Positions 39,597-49,461 of a DNA stretch of 64,000 bases are shown here, one piece after another. This DNA is from an uncultured bacterium (GTDB lineage: Bacteria > Hydrothermota > UBA3073 > NMUJ01 > CBEVQO01). The DNA is taken from the NCBI GenBank assembly GCA_965552055.1, contig CBEVQO010000002.1, positions 384,001 through 448,000 on the forward strand, in the 5' to 3' direction. The translations under genes were made by a program, and so were the position numbers. The notes beneath the pieces were generated by a model that worked only from the letters and a program-made list of their open reading frames with translations, had not been told where the DNA came from and did not search any database. How positions within the stretch are numbered: position 1 is the stretch's first letter; each line of letters begins with the position of its first letter.

Positions 39597-40787
39597 TTAA
39601 TCTTCTTTCCACACAGGATACATAACTTTTCCTATGAATAAAATTGTCCCCGTATAATTGTCAAATATTACAAAGACGAAAGGCCTGTTTACATAAAAAT
39701 AAGGTGGAAGAGACACAATTAAATCCATCACTGTAACAGCAGATGCCTCTGTGCCTTCTTCATCCACCTGAATGAATGTCGCATGGATTGCTTTTCTTAT
39801 CCAGGGACATAATGTATCTTCAAATATATCTTTAAAATTTGCTTTTCCTGGAGTAAACGCTATTCCCATACCAAGTGAAGTTAATGCTTCTTTCATAGTG
39901 TTATCATACTTACATTTAATTTTAAATTTTGGAAAGTAAATGTGTACGGTGCATTCTGTAAAATCGTTGAGCCATCTTTCCCAATTTTCAGAATTCATAT
40001 TATTTATAACAGTATCAATGTTGCTCTCTGGTAGAATTACCATCATATTGAAATTTCCGTTACCATAAGGCAGGATAATTGCATCGAATTTATCTTCATC
40101 CAAATATTTGCAATATATTTTTTGACGCATCATATAGCATGGGATTTTGCCTGTGGGAGAGTAAAAAGTATCTATGAAAGTGCTTTCTTCTGGAAATCTG
40201 AAAGTCCATATTCCTTTGTAATAGAGGGCGTTTACAAGAACCATTACATCTTCAGGGTCTATGTAATCCACAACATCTTCTATTTTGCCATTTGTTTCCG
40301 TTTCTATCCAGTTATTTATCACATCTTTTGCATTCGGGTCGCCAAAGTTAAGAGCTGTGATTTTTGCATCAAAATATTTCTCACATGTGGATTTGAACTT
40401 ATCTCTCACTTTTAAATCTTCTCTATACCATATTGAGTTTGCGATGTTTAACTTCACTCTGTTATCAAGTTGTGGCAATAAATCTTTTATCTTTCTGTAA
40501 GTGTAGTTTATTTCGTCATCTGTAAGTCCATCAAATCCAAGCACATTTTTCATTGCCTTTTCCGTGCTATCCCTTGCGCCATTGAGGAGCATACCCAGTG
40601 CCATTGATGCGCTTAAAGGTGATATCACAATATTCGTATCGCCCTCAATTTTGTTTATCTCCCTGAAAAGATTAAAGCCGAATTCGTTGAATCCATCCAC
40701 TATTTCTGTATCGGTGAGAGTGAGTTTAGGAAGTCCTGTCTCCCTGCATCCCCAGAAACAAATTAAAATGAGGATAAGATAACGCAT
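39597..40787 (-). CDS. Serpin (lipoprotein)
   Basis: ISPLS, ANSIW, NALYYKG.W, EEGTEASA hinge, FYVNRPFVF; lipobox FWGC. Confidence 0.93.
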   Translation of the reverse strand: MRYLILILICFWGCRETGLPKLTLTDTEIVDGFNEFGFNLFREINKIEGDTNIVISPLSASMALGMLLNGARDSTEKAMKNVLGFDGLTDDEINYTYRKIKDLLPQLDNRVKLNIANSIWYREDLKVRDKFKSTCEKYFDAKITALNFGDPNAKDVINNWIETETNGKIEDVVDYIDPEDVMVLVNALYYKGIWTFRFPEESTFIDTFYSPTGKIPCYMMRQKIYCKYLDEDKFDAIILPYGNGNFNMMVILPESNIDTVINNMNSENWERWLNDFTECTVHIYFPKFKIKCKYDNTMKEALTSLGMGIAFTPGKANFKDIFEDTLCPWIRKAIHATFIQVDEEGTEASAVTVMDLIVSLPPYFYVNRPFVFVIFDNYTGTILFIGKVMYPVWKED

Positions 40788-40788
40788 C

Positions 40789-41949
40789 TTACCCCCTATC
40801 TTCTTTCCACACAGGATACATAACTTTGCCTATGAATAGAATTGTCTTTGTGTATTTGTCAAATATTACAAAAATGAAAGGTCTGTTCACATGAAATAGT
40901 ATGGGAATCCTATGTATTACGCGTTTCTCGAGAACAACCGAAGTTGCAGCGACTGCTTCTGTGCCTTCTTCGTCCACTCTGATGAATGTCGCATGCTTTA
41001 CCCTATCTATCCAGATTTGTTCATCGGTAATGTCTCTAAAATTTGCCAAAATGCGAGAAAAAGCTATTTTCATATCCAGAGCTTTAAGCACATCGTTTAG
41101 TTCGTATTTACACTTAATTTTAAATTTGGGTAAATGTACTTCTACTTCTCTATCTTTGAATTTCTTCAATAAATCCTGCCATTTCTGTGGATTAAACAAT
41201 AAAATTATGTCATCAACATTTATTTTTTCATGCGGAAGGATAATCATCATTTCAAATCTCTCTTTATCCTTTTTACCGTACGGCAAAATAATAGCCGAAA
41301 ATTTATCGTCAGAAAAATATTTACAGGTGATTTCCCTTTTCATCATATAACAGAGCATTTTACCTTCAGGAGTATAAAATGTATCAATATAGGTTTTTTC
41401 TTTGTCAAATTTATAAGCCCAAAGTCCCTTAAAATAAACAGCGTTAATCAAAAACATCACATCAAGTGGTTTTATAGTATCTACTATTTTTTCAATCTTT
41501 CCTCTCGTTTTTCTTTTAACCCAGTTATTTATGGTATCTTTTGCCCATTTTTTAGTAAAATCTAAATCTCTTATTTCTGCATCAAAATATTTCTTGTTTA
41601 CTTCTATGAATTTCTTTTTCACTTTAAAACCTTTGCGATACCATATTGAATTTGCCACATCCATTGTTATTGCAGAATCCCTCTTTAATAAACTATCTTT
41701 TAACTCTCTGTAAATTTTGTTTATTTCATCTTTTTTGAGATTTGAAAATCCCAAGACATTTTTAATTGCTTTTTCTGTACTGTCTCTCGCACCGTTAAGC
41801 AACATACCGAGTGCCACTGATACACTTAAAGGTGATATTACCACATTTGTGTCTCCTTCAATCTCATTTACTTTTTTGAATAGTTTAAAAGTAAATTCGT
41901 TGAATGGAGAGGAAATCAAGTTATATAATATCAAAAATAAAAGCATCAT
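40789..41949 (-). CDS. Serpin (secreted)
   Basis: ISPLS, NAVYFKG.W, EEGTEAVAAT hinge, FHVNRPFIF. Confidence 0.93.
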   Translation of the reverse strand: MMLLFLILYNLISSPFNEFTFKLFKKVNEIEGDTNVVISPLSVSVALGMLLNGARDSTEKAIKNVLGFSNLKKDEINKIYRELKDSLLKRDSAITMDVANSIWYRKGFKVKKKFIEVNKKYFDAEIRDLDFTKKWAKDTINNWVKRKTRGKIEKIVDTIKPLDVMFLINAVYFKGLWAYKFDKEKTYIDTFYTPEGKMLCYMMKREITCKYFSDDKFSAIILPYGKKDKERFEMMIILPHEKINVDDIILLFNPQKWQDLLKKFKDREVEVHLPKFKIKCKYELNDVLKALDMKIAFSRILANFRDITDEQIWIDRVKHATFIRVDEEGTEAVAATSVVLEKRVIHRIPILFHVNRPFIFVIFDKYTKTILFIGKVMYPVWKEDRG

Positions 41950-42077
41950 CGCCAGTATTGTGGATTTTCGCTTTCCAAAATTTCGCCTTTGATTATTATT
42001 TTATCCTTACTGCCAAGTATCCTCCTCAATGTTTTTATCTTCTTTTTCAATGACTTTAATTTACCAAATTTCTTCAT
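41946..42077 (-). CDS. Small basic ORF (43 aa), below the ORF-track cutoff
   Basis: MKKFGKLKSLKKKIKTLRRILGSKDKIIIKGEILESENPQYWR*; overlaps the upstream stop (TGATG) and the downstream start (ATGA). Confidence 0.55.
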   Translation of the reverse strand: MKKFGKLKSLKKKIKTLRRILGSKDKIIIKGEILESENPQYWR

Positions 42078-43504
42078 CAATATTTGAAACTACTACCGCC
42101 TATGAATTCTCTGAGGATAGAAGTGGGTGGCACATCTGTTGTTTCTATAGGTAAAAAGTGTGATAGGAAATCTTTGAGTAACTGTGCTTCTTCGTATTCT
42201 TTCATATCCTCCGGTATTTCATCGAGTAAAGGAATAACAAATCTTTTAAGAACTGCAATCTCATAAAGTAAAGCGCTGTTAAAAATTTCGTCGGCATTCT
42301 CCTGATGCGGAAAGATATATTTCTCCTCTGCTTCCCTCACCGTACTCCACATTCTCAATGTATCACCTGCTCTGTGTCCTCTGTAAAAATAATCTCTTAC
42401 TATTCTGCGTAAGAGTCGTGCATGGGATGTTGAAATCCTGTTGTGGTCATCAAGATTTAAAGGTGTTAAAGCACTTACATAAATTTTAAAAGCACATCTT
42501 TCTAATTCTTCGCAAAAGATGGGATTTAAAGCATGTATCCCTTCGATTATAAGAATGCCATCTTTTGGCAGATAAAAAGGTTTATTTCTCCATTCCCTTT
42601 TTCTTGTTGTAAAATTGAATTTTGGCAAAATTACTTCTTTGCCTTTTAATATTTCTTTTATTTGTTTTTTGAAAAGCGGGATATCAATGGCTTCTGGAGC
42701 ATCGGTATCGAGTGTGCCATCGGGTTTTCTCGGACATTGCTCTGATGGCAAAAAATAGTCATCCATAGAAATTATAAAAACTTTCCTTTGATTCACCATC
42801 AATTGAATTCTTAATCTTTTTGAAAAAGTTGTTTTACCTGAACTTGAAGGTCCTGCCACCAGAATCACCCTTTTTCCTGTTTCAACGATTTTATCTGCGA
42901 GATTTGCTATCTTTTTCTCATGCAAAGCCTCTTCTATTTTTATGCAATCCGATATCTCACCTTCAACTATTTTTTCATTAAGGTCGCCAACATTTCTTAT
43001 ACCGAGTATTTCTGCCCAGTGTTCAGCTTCTTCGAATGCTTCAAAAAATTTCCTTTGCTCTTTAAACTTCTCTTCGAATAAAAGCAAAAATCCAGGGGGA
43101 TAATATTTTAACATGTAAAAGCCAATCTTTGAGAAATCGCGGAATGGCGGGAAGAAAAGATAATCATAAACATCGTCTATACCATAAATTCTTATTTTTT
43201 CCCGTTGATTATATTTTAAAAGTTTTACAACATCATTCCTTCCTTCATTTTCAAAAAATTTAATGGCTTTATCTTTTTCTAAAATTTTGCTTGAAATTTT
43301 TTTATTCTGGCACAATATTTCTTCGTATTTTTTGCACAATTTTTTGAAATTATCTTCTTTAAGCTTGAAATTTTTGATTTCGCAATAAACTCCTGTTGAA
43401 TACGAGTGTCTTATTATCAATCTTGCTTCAGGTGATAATTTTTTCAGTATGTAATATAAGAGGAGTAAAAGTGTTTTTTCTTTTTTTCTTTTATAAACTT
43501 CCAT
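42077..43504 (-). CDS. Nucleoside (uridine) kinase-family protein with ThrRS-like N-terminal domain
   Basis: AGPSSSGKTT, ISMDDYF, IEGIHALN, RLLRRIVRD, SILREFIGGS. Confidence 0.88.
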   Translation of the reverse strand: MEVYKRKKEKTLLLLLYYILKKLSPEARLIIRHSYSTGVYCEIKNFKLKEDNFKKLCKKYEEILCQNKKISSKILEKDKAIKFFENEGRNDVVKLLKYNQREKIRIYGIDDVYDYLFFPPFRDFSKIGFYMLKYYPPGFLLLFEEKFKEQRKFFEAFEEAEHWAEILGIRNVGDLNEKIVEGEISDCIKIEEALHEKKIANLADKIVETGKRVILVAGPSSSGKTTFSKRLRIQLMVNQRKVFIISMDDYFLPSEQCPRKPDGTLDTDAPEAIDIPLFKKQIKEILKGKEVILPKFNFTTRKREWRNKPFYLPKDGILIIEGIHALNPIFCEELERCAFKIYVSALTPLNLDDHNRISTSHARLLRRIVRDYFYRGHRAGDTLRMWSTVREAEEKYIFPHQENADEIFNSALLYEIAVLKRFVIPLLDEIPEDMKEYEEAQLLKDFLSHFLPIETTDVPPTSILREFIGGSSFKY

Positions 43505-43509
43505 CTTTT

Positions 43510-43536
43510 ATTGTAATCTTTATTTTAATTTGTCAA
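43510..43536 (-). promoter_or_regulatory. promoter TTGACA-N15-TACAAT, apparently leaderless (ATG 43504)
   Basis: ATG 5 nt after -10. Confidence 0.75.
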
Positions 43537-43540
43537 TGTT

Positions 43541-43709
43541 TAATTGCGAGCGTAGCGAGCATATTACATATGGGTTGATATGTCAGCCCATTACGGGTTT
43601 TTCGTTATAGCAGGGGTTTCTGGCTTTATCTGCTGTCTGCGTATTTCAGCTGGAGTAGTGGGCTGACTTAATCGGGAAGGTGGGGACAGCGGAGGAGGGG
43701 CTAAAAATT
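43541..43709 (+). repeat. GC-rich intergenic element copy C
   Basis: gcgagcgtagcgagc; ttacatatgggttg; gtcagcccatta/tagtgggctgac stem; gggaaggtggggacagcggaggaggggctaaaaatt. Confidence 0.8.
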
Positions 43710-43711
43710 AC

Positions 43712-43738
43712 TTGACATATAAGAGAACCGATTAAACT
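43712..43738 (+). promoter_or_regulatory. promoter TTGACA-N15-TAAACT, apparently leaderless (ATG 43744)
   Basis: ATG 5 nt after -10. Confidence 0.75.
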
Positions 43739-43743
43739 TAAAG

Positions 43744-46700
43744 ATGTTTTTGGCACTCCTTATATCGATTTTTCCAGAGATGAAAGATTTGATGCTCAAA
43801 CAAAAGGAATTTCTTCCAAAAATCTATCAAAATTATTATAACTTATTGCGGAAAAATCCCGAGCTGAGAGAAATTTTGAGAAAAATACCCAAAAATAGAT
43901 TGAAATTTGCCCGTAACTTAAGCAAAAAATTAAAGCAAGATGAAGCCGAAACCTTACATATTATTGCCATTCGTGTCGAATTTTTAAAAGATACTTTTTC
44001 GTTGACTTTTGGAAACGGATTGATGTGTGATACACCGAAATATTCGATGTATACAGGTGATGGATATCACAACATTTTGTATTATGACCCGCCTCATGAT
44101 TCCATTTATTTCCATTATTTGATGGTTGCTTTACGCAATTATTATCAGGATATCAGTTATGGCAAAATTTATATAACATGGGATATTGCACCAAAGGGGC
44201 TCGATACTGCATATCAATTACCTCATGAGATGGCTTATTATGGTGATACTTCAAATTATGCCCTTGGTCTTTTTATGCTGGTTCGTGATGCTATACTTGC
44301 ATGTGATGCTGACCACAATTTTCAGGTAGGCAAATATGATGGACATCTAATTTTTCACGCTGGATGCTCATGGCAGGCACAGGCAGCTTTTGGACTTACA
44401 CCCTACGATATTTTAACAGCTTATATACCATATTCTGAATATTTCCCGCCGATAATTACAAAAGAAGGAGACACCGTTTATGACGCTATAATTCTTCCGG
44501 AATCCAACTGGTATTATGTTGCTTTTGGAATGCAGGGAAGTATGTTTCATGAGTTCGCCCATCTACTTGGCGCCGTTGACCTTTATGATATCTCTTATAT
44601 GACGATTGGCGTGGGTGCATGGGACTTGATGGGTACGGGTGCCTGGAATATGCTGGGACATGTGCCCTGCAGGCTGTGTGCATTCCACCTTGAATATCTC
44701 GGTATAGTGAAGCCCAAAGTTATAACCAGAGATACTGTAATATGGGTGAAAAGATTATCACTCGCTCCTGACATTTATAAAATACCTGTAAATGAGAAAG
44801 AATATTTCCTGATAGAAAATAGATGTGCTTATATGCCGGAAAGTCTCGAAAGTACAAATCCAGATTCAAATGCTTTTAGAGTATGGAAATATGGAGTACT
44901 TGTAGATGTTAATGACTGGGATGTTTCTTTGCCGTGCAGTATTAATACATCGGGTATTGCTGTATGGCATATTGATACGCAAAAAGTTGCCATTTATGAT
45001 GATTCAAATACGGTAAATGTTGGCAGTCCCAAGGGAGTTGATATGGAAGAGGCAGATGGTGTTCAGGATTTTGAACTCCCATGGTATGAGATATCTGACT
45101 GGGATGCTGCACTTGAAGGTACACAATGGGATTTATTCTACAAGGGAAACGCAGATAGTTTTTCTTATTACACAAATCCCAGTTCTGCTTCAAATGATGG
45201 CGCTAATTCTTTTGTAAAAATGAAATTCGGAGAGATGGGCGATTCTATAAAAGTTGAAATAAAATTTGAATTTGTAAAATCGGGCTTCCCTGTTTCAAAT
45301 CTCGGTAAAGTTGATATAAACTCTCCTGTTCCTTTTGACTATGACGGCGATAATTTAGATGAAATTTTACTGATAGCAAATAAAGACAGTATCGGAATAC
45401 TTTATCTTTTTGATTACAAAAGTGGTTTAAAAATTGATACATTGTTAAAAAATTTCCCTGTTTCTTTTTCACAAATTGCAATAGGTGATATTGATGGCGA
45501 CAATCATGAAGAAATTGTATGGGGAAGTACAAAAGGTTTATGTGTTTATGACAGAGAAAAAGACACCCTTTATCTTTTTGGGATAAAAGAAGGGGTTTAT
45601 TCTGTTCCTACGATTTACGAAGGATTTGTAATTTTCGGTGCAGATGATAACAAATTGCATTGCGTATATCTTGAAAATGATAGTTTAAAAGAAAAGAAAG
45701 GTTTTCCAGTGGAAATAGGACACATGATAAGGGGTTCTGCGTGTTGTATCGGTGATTCTATTTTTGTCCTTTCGGGTGATGGAAGATTATATTGTGTATC
45801 TTTATCCGGTAAAATCTTATTTAGAGTTCTCAAAGAAAATTTGATGTTTACCGGTTTCAGTCCCGTTGCCGTTGATATAAATGGTGATGGCGAAAAGGAA
45901 ATAATTTGCGTAACCGGTACAGGTGATGTTTACGCAGTCAAATTAAACGGCGAAATTCTATGGCACAGACAGATTCCGGAAAATACTTATGAATATGCAT
46001 GGCTATCCACATCTCATCCTGTAATTGCGGACATTGATGGCGATTCTTTACCTGATATTATTTTTACTGCTGGCAAAAAATTGTATGTTTTAAATCACAA
46101 TGGTGCTTATCTAAATAATTTCCCGATTGAAGCAGATACCGGCTGGATTATTTCGACACCCATAATTTATGATATTGATGGAGATGGTGAAGTTGAGATT
46201 TCTTTTGGTCTTTCAAAAGGAAAATTTACATCATACGATGCTAATGGCAAATTGCAGATGTTTTTCCCTGTAGAAACCGGCACTCCCTGTTATTCTTCTC
46301 CCTGTATCTGCGACTGGGACGGCAATAAAAAAGCTGATATTTTCTTTGTCTCGGACACAGGTAAAATGTGGTGCATAGAATTTAATGGCAGTTACAAAAA
46401 AACAAAATGGTTCACAATTTGCAAGAATTTATCACGAAATCCTGTAATCGAATGGAATTATCCGCAAAAAGAATTTGTATTTACAAAAGAAAATTTTTAT
46501 ATTTATCCAAATCCATCAAAAGACGGAAAAATATTTTTGAGATTAACATCGCCTTCGAACGGCAAAGTAGAAATCATGATTTTAACCATCTCTGGTGATA
46601 TAAAAGCGAAATATGAAAAAGAAGTTTTAAAAGGAATAAATGATATTCCCCTATCCCTTAATCTGCCCGATGGCTTTTACATTGCACGAGTTAAAGTGCC

Positions 46701-46752
46701 TGATGGCAAATGTGGTTTTGCCAAATTTGTAATCGCCCGTAAATGGAAATAA
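43744..46752 (+). CDS. M6 (immune inhibitor A-like) metalloprotease with FG-GAP/beta-propeller repeats and T9SS-type CTD
   Basis: HEFAHLLGAVDLY zinc motif, WDLMGTGAWN, EYFLIENR, DIDGDG repeats, IYPNP CTD. Confidence 0.85.
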   Translation: MFLALLISIFPEMKDLMLKQKEFLPKIYQNYYNLLRKNPELREILRKIPKNRLKFARNLSKKLKQDEAETLHIIAIRVEFLKDTFSLTFGNGLMCDTPKYSMYTGDGYHNILYYDPPHDSIYFHYLMVALRNYYQDISYGKIYITWDIAPKGLDTAYQLPHEMAYYGDTSNYALGLFMLVRDAILACDADHNFQVGKYDGHLIFHAGCSWQAQAAFGLTPYDILTAYIPYSEYFPPIITKEGDTVYDAIILPESNWYYVAFGMQGSMFHEFAHLLGAVDLYDISYMTIGVGAWDLMGTGAWNMLGHVPCRLCAFHLEYLGIVKPKVITRDTVIWVKRLSLAPDIYKIPVNEKEYFLIENRCAYMPESLESTNPDSNAFRVWKYGVLVDVNDWDVSLPCSINTSGIAVWHIDTQKVAIYDDSNTVNVGSPKGVDMEEADGVQDFELPWYEISDWDAALEGTQWDLFYKGNADSFSYYTNPSSASNDGANSFVKMKFGEMGDSIKVEIKFEFVKSGFPVSNLGKVDINSPVPFDYDGDNLDEILLIANKDSIGILYLFDYKSGLKIDTLLKNFPVSFSQIAIGDIDGDNHEEIVWGSTKGLCVYDREKDTLYLFGIKEGVYSVPTIYEGFVIFGADDNKLHCVYLENDSLKEKKGFPVEIGHMIRGSACCIGDSIFVLSGDGRLYCVSLSGKILFRVLKENLMFTGFSPVAVDINGDGEKEIICVTGTGDVYAVKLNGEILWHRQIPENTYEYAWLSTSHPVIADIDGDSLPDIIFTAGKKLYVLNHNGAYLNNFPIEADTGWIISTPIIYDIDGDGEVEISFGLSKGKFTSYDANGKLQMFFPVETGTPCYSSPCICDWDGNKKADIFFVSDTGKMWCIEFNGSYKKTKWFTICKNLSRNPVIEWNYPQKEFVFTKENFYIYPNPSKDGKIFLRLTSPSNGKVEIMILTISGDIKAKYEKEVLKGINDIPLSLNLPDGFYIARVKVPDGKCGFAKFVIARKWK

Positions 46753-47600
46753 TACCCGTTGCTTTCGATAGTCTGGGAACAAGGAGTATGTGCACATTTA
46801 TAAAATCAGATGATATAAACATTTTAATTGACCCTGCGGTTGCTCTTGGACCAAGAAGATATGGCTTGCCACCACATAAAAAGGAACTCGAAAGAAAAGA
46901 GGAACACTGGAAAAAAATAAAAGAATATGCAAAAAAAGCAGATTTGATAATAATAACACATTATCATTATGACCATCACAATCCAAATTATCCCGAACTT
47001 TTTAAAGACAAAATTTTATTTATAAAGCATCCTGAGAAAAACATAAACCGCAGTCAATATGTGCGTGCAAAGCGCTTTCTGGAGCGAATTGAGGGATATC
47101 CAAAGGAGATAAGAATTGCAGAAGGTGTGGAAGAAAAATTTGGAAAATTAAGGTTAAAAATATCACAAAGTGTATGGCATGGTAACGATAAAAGATTGGG
47201 TTTTGTAGTGGAAATTTTTATCGAAGAAGATAAAAGATTTTTGTTCACATCGGATGTTGAAGGACCTGTTACAGATGAACAAACTTTATTTATTCTTGAG
47301 AACGACCCCGATATTATTTTTTCGGATGGTCCCATGACCTATCAGCCACAGGTTTATGATGAAGAAACTTTAAAGAAGGCAATTGAAAATATAAAAAAGA
47401 TAATCGAAAAGACAGGAGTAAAAAAATATATTCTTGACCATCATCTTGTAAGAGACCTTGAATTTTCTCGTAAGATAAAAGAGATTTTTGAAGTAGCAGA
47501 GCAAAATGGCTGTGAGATTATGACGGCTGCGAAATTCGGTGGCTTTGAAGAAGATTTCCTTGAAGCACACAGAAAAGATTTGTGGAAAGGAGAAAAATAA
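46743..47600 (+). CDS. Metallo-beta-lactamase-fold hydrolase (UPF0282-like)
   Basis: AFDSLGTRSMCT, IDPAVALGP, THYHYDHH, SDVEGP, LDHHLVRD. Confidence 0.85.
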   Translation: MEIIPVAFDSLGTRSMCTFIKSDDINILIDPAVALGPRRYGLPPHKKELERKEEHWKKIKEYAKKADLIIITHYHYDHHNPNYPELFKDKILFIKHPEKNINRSQYVRAKRFLERIEGYPKEIRIAEGVEEKFGKLRLKISQSVWHGNDKRLGFVVEIFIEEDKRFLFTSDVEGPVTDEQTLFILENDPDIIFSDGPMTYQPQVYDEETLKKAIENIKKIIEKTGVKKYILDHHLVRDLEFSRKIKEIFEVAEQNGCEIMTAAKFGGFEEDFLEAHRKDLWKGEK

Positions 47601-47601
47601 C

Positions 47602-47628
47602 TTGACTTTACAGTTCTTTAATTAAAAT
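47602..47628 (+). promoter_or_regulatory. promoter TTGACT-N15-TAAAAT, apparently leaderless (ATG 47634)
   Basis: Second ATG lies 5 nt after -10. Confidence 0.7.
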
Positions 47629-47630
47629 AA

Positions 47631-48044
47631 ATGATGAAAAGAGATTTACCTTTGACTCCACAAGAAGCAATTGAAAGGTCAGAAGAATATTATAACAACG
47701 CCAAAGAAATTTTAAAAGATGTGGAAATAAAATTTGGGATTTACACTGATGGCAAAAAGGTAAGGGAAGCATGTGCAATGGGTTATCTGTCTGCATTGAC
47801 CGCAATAGACGCATATCTGCTGAAAAGAGGTAAAAAGCCAGAAGAATTGCCAACATCTTTTGCGGAATACAGAGAGGTGGTATCAAAAATGCCTTACAAT
47901 GGAAAGCTAACAGCATCTTTAACCGCAGTTTACCAGAACCTTCATGTGCTCGGATATTACAGAGGCGGTATAGAAGTAGAGATGATTAAATCTGGCTTCA
48001 AACATGCAAAGAGAATAATCGATACAATTAAGAAACTGGTATGA
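47631..48044 (+). CDS. HEPN-like helical protein (DUF5618-like), copy 1
   Basis: YYNNAKEIL, ACAMGYLSALTAIDAYL, LHVLGYY pattern; true start may be 47634. Confidence 0.7.
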   Translation: MMKRDLPLTPQEAIERSEEYYNNAKEILKDVEIKFGIYTDGKKVREACAMGYLSALTAIDAYLLKRGKKPEELPTSFAEYREVVSKMPYNGKLTASLTAVYQNLHVLGYYRGGIEVEMIKSGFKHAKRIIDTIKKLV

Positions 48045-48454
48045 TGAAGAGGGATTTGCCCTTAAATCCTAAAGAAGCGATTGAAAGGTCTGAAGAATAT
48101 TACAATAATGCGAAAGAAATTTTAAAAGATGTTGAGATAAAATTTGGTCTTTATACCGATGGCAAAAAGGTAAGGGAGGCATGTGCAATGGGCTATCTGT
48201 CTGCATTGACCGCAATAGACGCATATCTGCTGAAAAGAGGAAAAAAGCCAGAGGAATTGCCAACATCTTTCGCGGAATACAGAGAGGTGGTATCAAAAAT
48301 GCCTTACAATGGAAAGCTAACAGCATCTTTAACCGCAGTTTATCAAAATCTTCATGTTTTTGGATATTACAGGGGTGGAATAGAAGTAGAGATGATTAAA
48401 TCTGGCTTCAAACATGCAAAAAGAATAATCGATACGATTAAGAAACTGGTGTAA
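48041..48454 (+). CDS. HEPN-like helical protein (DUF5618-like), copy 2
   Basis: 133/137 aa identical to copy 1; 410-nt tandem period. Confidence 0.7.
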   Translation: MMKRDLPLNPKEAIERSEEYYNNAKEILKDVEIKFGLYTDGKKVREACAMGYLSALTAIDAYLLKRGKKPEELPTSFAEYREVVSKMPYNGKLTASLTAVYQNLHVFGYYRGGIEVEMIKSGFKHAKRIIDTIKKLV

Positions 48455-49455
48455 TGGAAAGAATACTGCTTGTTAGGACGCATGCGATCGGAGATGTATT
48501 GCTGACAACACCGGCTGTAAAAGCTGCGAGAAAAATTTATCCAGATGCAAAAATAGATTACTTAACAACAAAATGGTCAAAAGAAGCAATAACTTTAAAT
48601 CCTAATATAGACGAAATAATAGCAGTGGATGACGATGTTTTTTTCTCAAAAAATCCTACAAAAATCATCAAATTGGTAAAAGAATTGAAAAAAAGAAATT
48701 ATGATAGAATTTATGCATTTCACAGATCAAAGAAAATCCATCTTTTATGCAAGTTAATAGGCAATAAAGTAACAGGAATATCTGATGGCGATTTTAATCC
48801 TTTTCTCGATGAAAAAATAGTTTTAAAAAGGGAAAACAGCAATTATGTGGCAGATGATTATCTAAAAATGTTTAACATTGAAATTGAAAATTCTTCTCTC
48901 GAATTTTACTGGAGCAAGGAAGATGAAATTTTTATTGATAATTTAATTGGTGATTTAAGGTTTGTCTGTGTAGCACCTGGTGGTGCACATAATCCTGCGG
49001 AAAGCGTCTGGCAAAAATTGTGGAAGATTGAGAATTTTATAAAAGTAATTAAATATTTGAAAAACAGGAAGGAAAAAGTTATAATAGTGGGTGGCAAGAG
49101 CGATGAAAAAATTTGTAAGGAAATCGAAGAAAAATGCGAAATTTTAAATCTGTGCGGTAAATTAACTTTAAAGCATCTCGGAGTTTTGTTGAAAAGGAGT
49201 AAATTTTTATTAACAAATGATAGTGCACCCCTTCATATTGCTGTTGCGGTAAATACTCCTGTTATCGGGCTTTTTGGACCCACATCCCCTGATGTGCTTT
49301 TACCCAAAAGAGAAAACATTATAGCAATAAGGAGCGATGCCGAATGTAGCCCCTGTTATGTTAACCGCAGATTTAAAGGATGTAAAAAGCCAATTTGTAT
49401 GGATATGATAACCACTGATAAAGTAATCTCCGTAATTGAGAAGAAATTCTATTAA
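48454..49455 (+). CDS. GT9 LPS heptosyltransferase-like glycosyltransferase
   Basis: AIGDVLLTTP, NDSAPLHIAVA, GLFGPT, CSPC...CM. Confidence 0.9.
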   Translation: MERILLVRTHAIGDVLLTTPAVKAARKIYPDAKIDYLTTKWSKEAITLNPNIDEIIAVDDDVFFSKNPTKIIKLVKELKKRNYDRIYAFHRSKKIHLLCKLIGNKVTGISDGDFNPFLDEKIVLKRENSNYVADDYLKMFNIEIENSSLEFYWSKEDEIFIDNLIGDLRFVCVAPGGAHNPAESVWQKLWKIENFIKVIKYLKNRKEKVIIVGGKSDEKICKEIEEKCEILNLCGKLTLKHLGVLLKRSKFLLTNDSAPLHIAVAVNTPVIGLFGPTSPDVLLPKRENIIAIRSDAECSPCYVNRRFKGCKKPICMDMITTDKVISVIEKKFY

Positions 49456-49461
49456 AATTTT

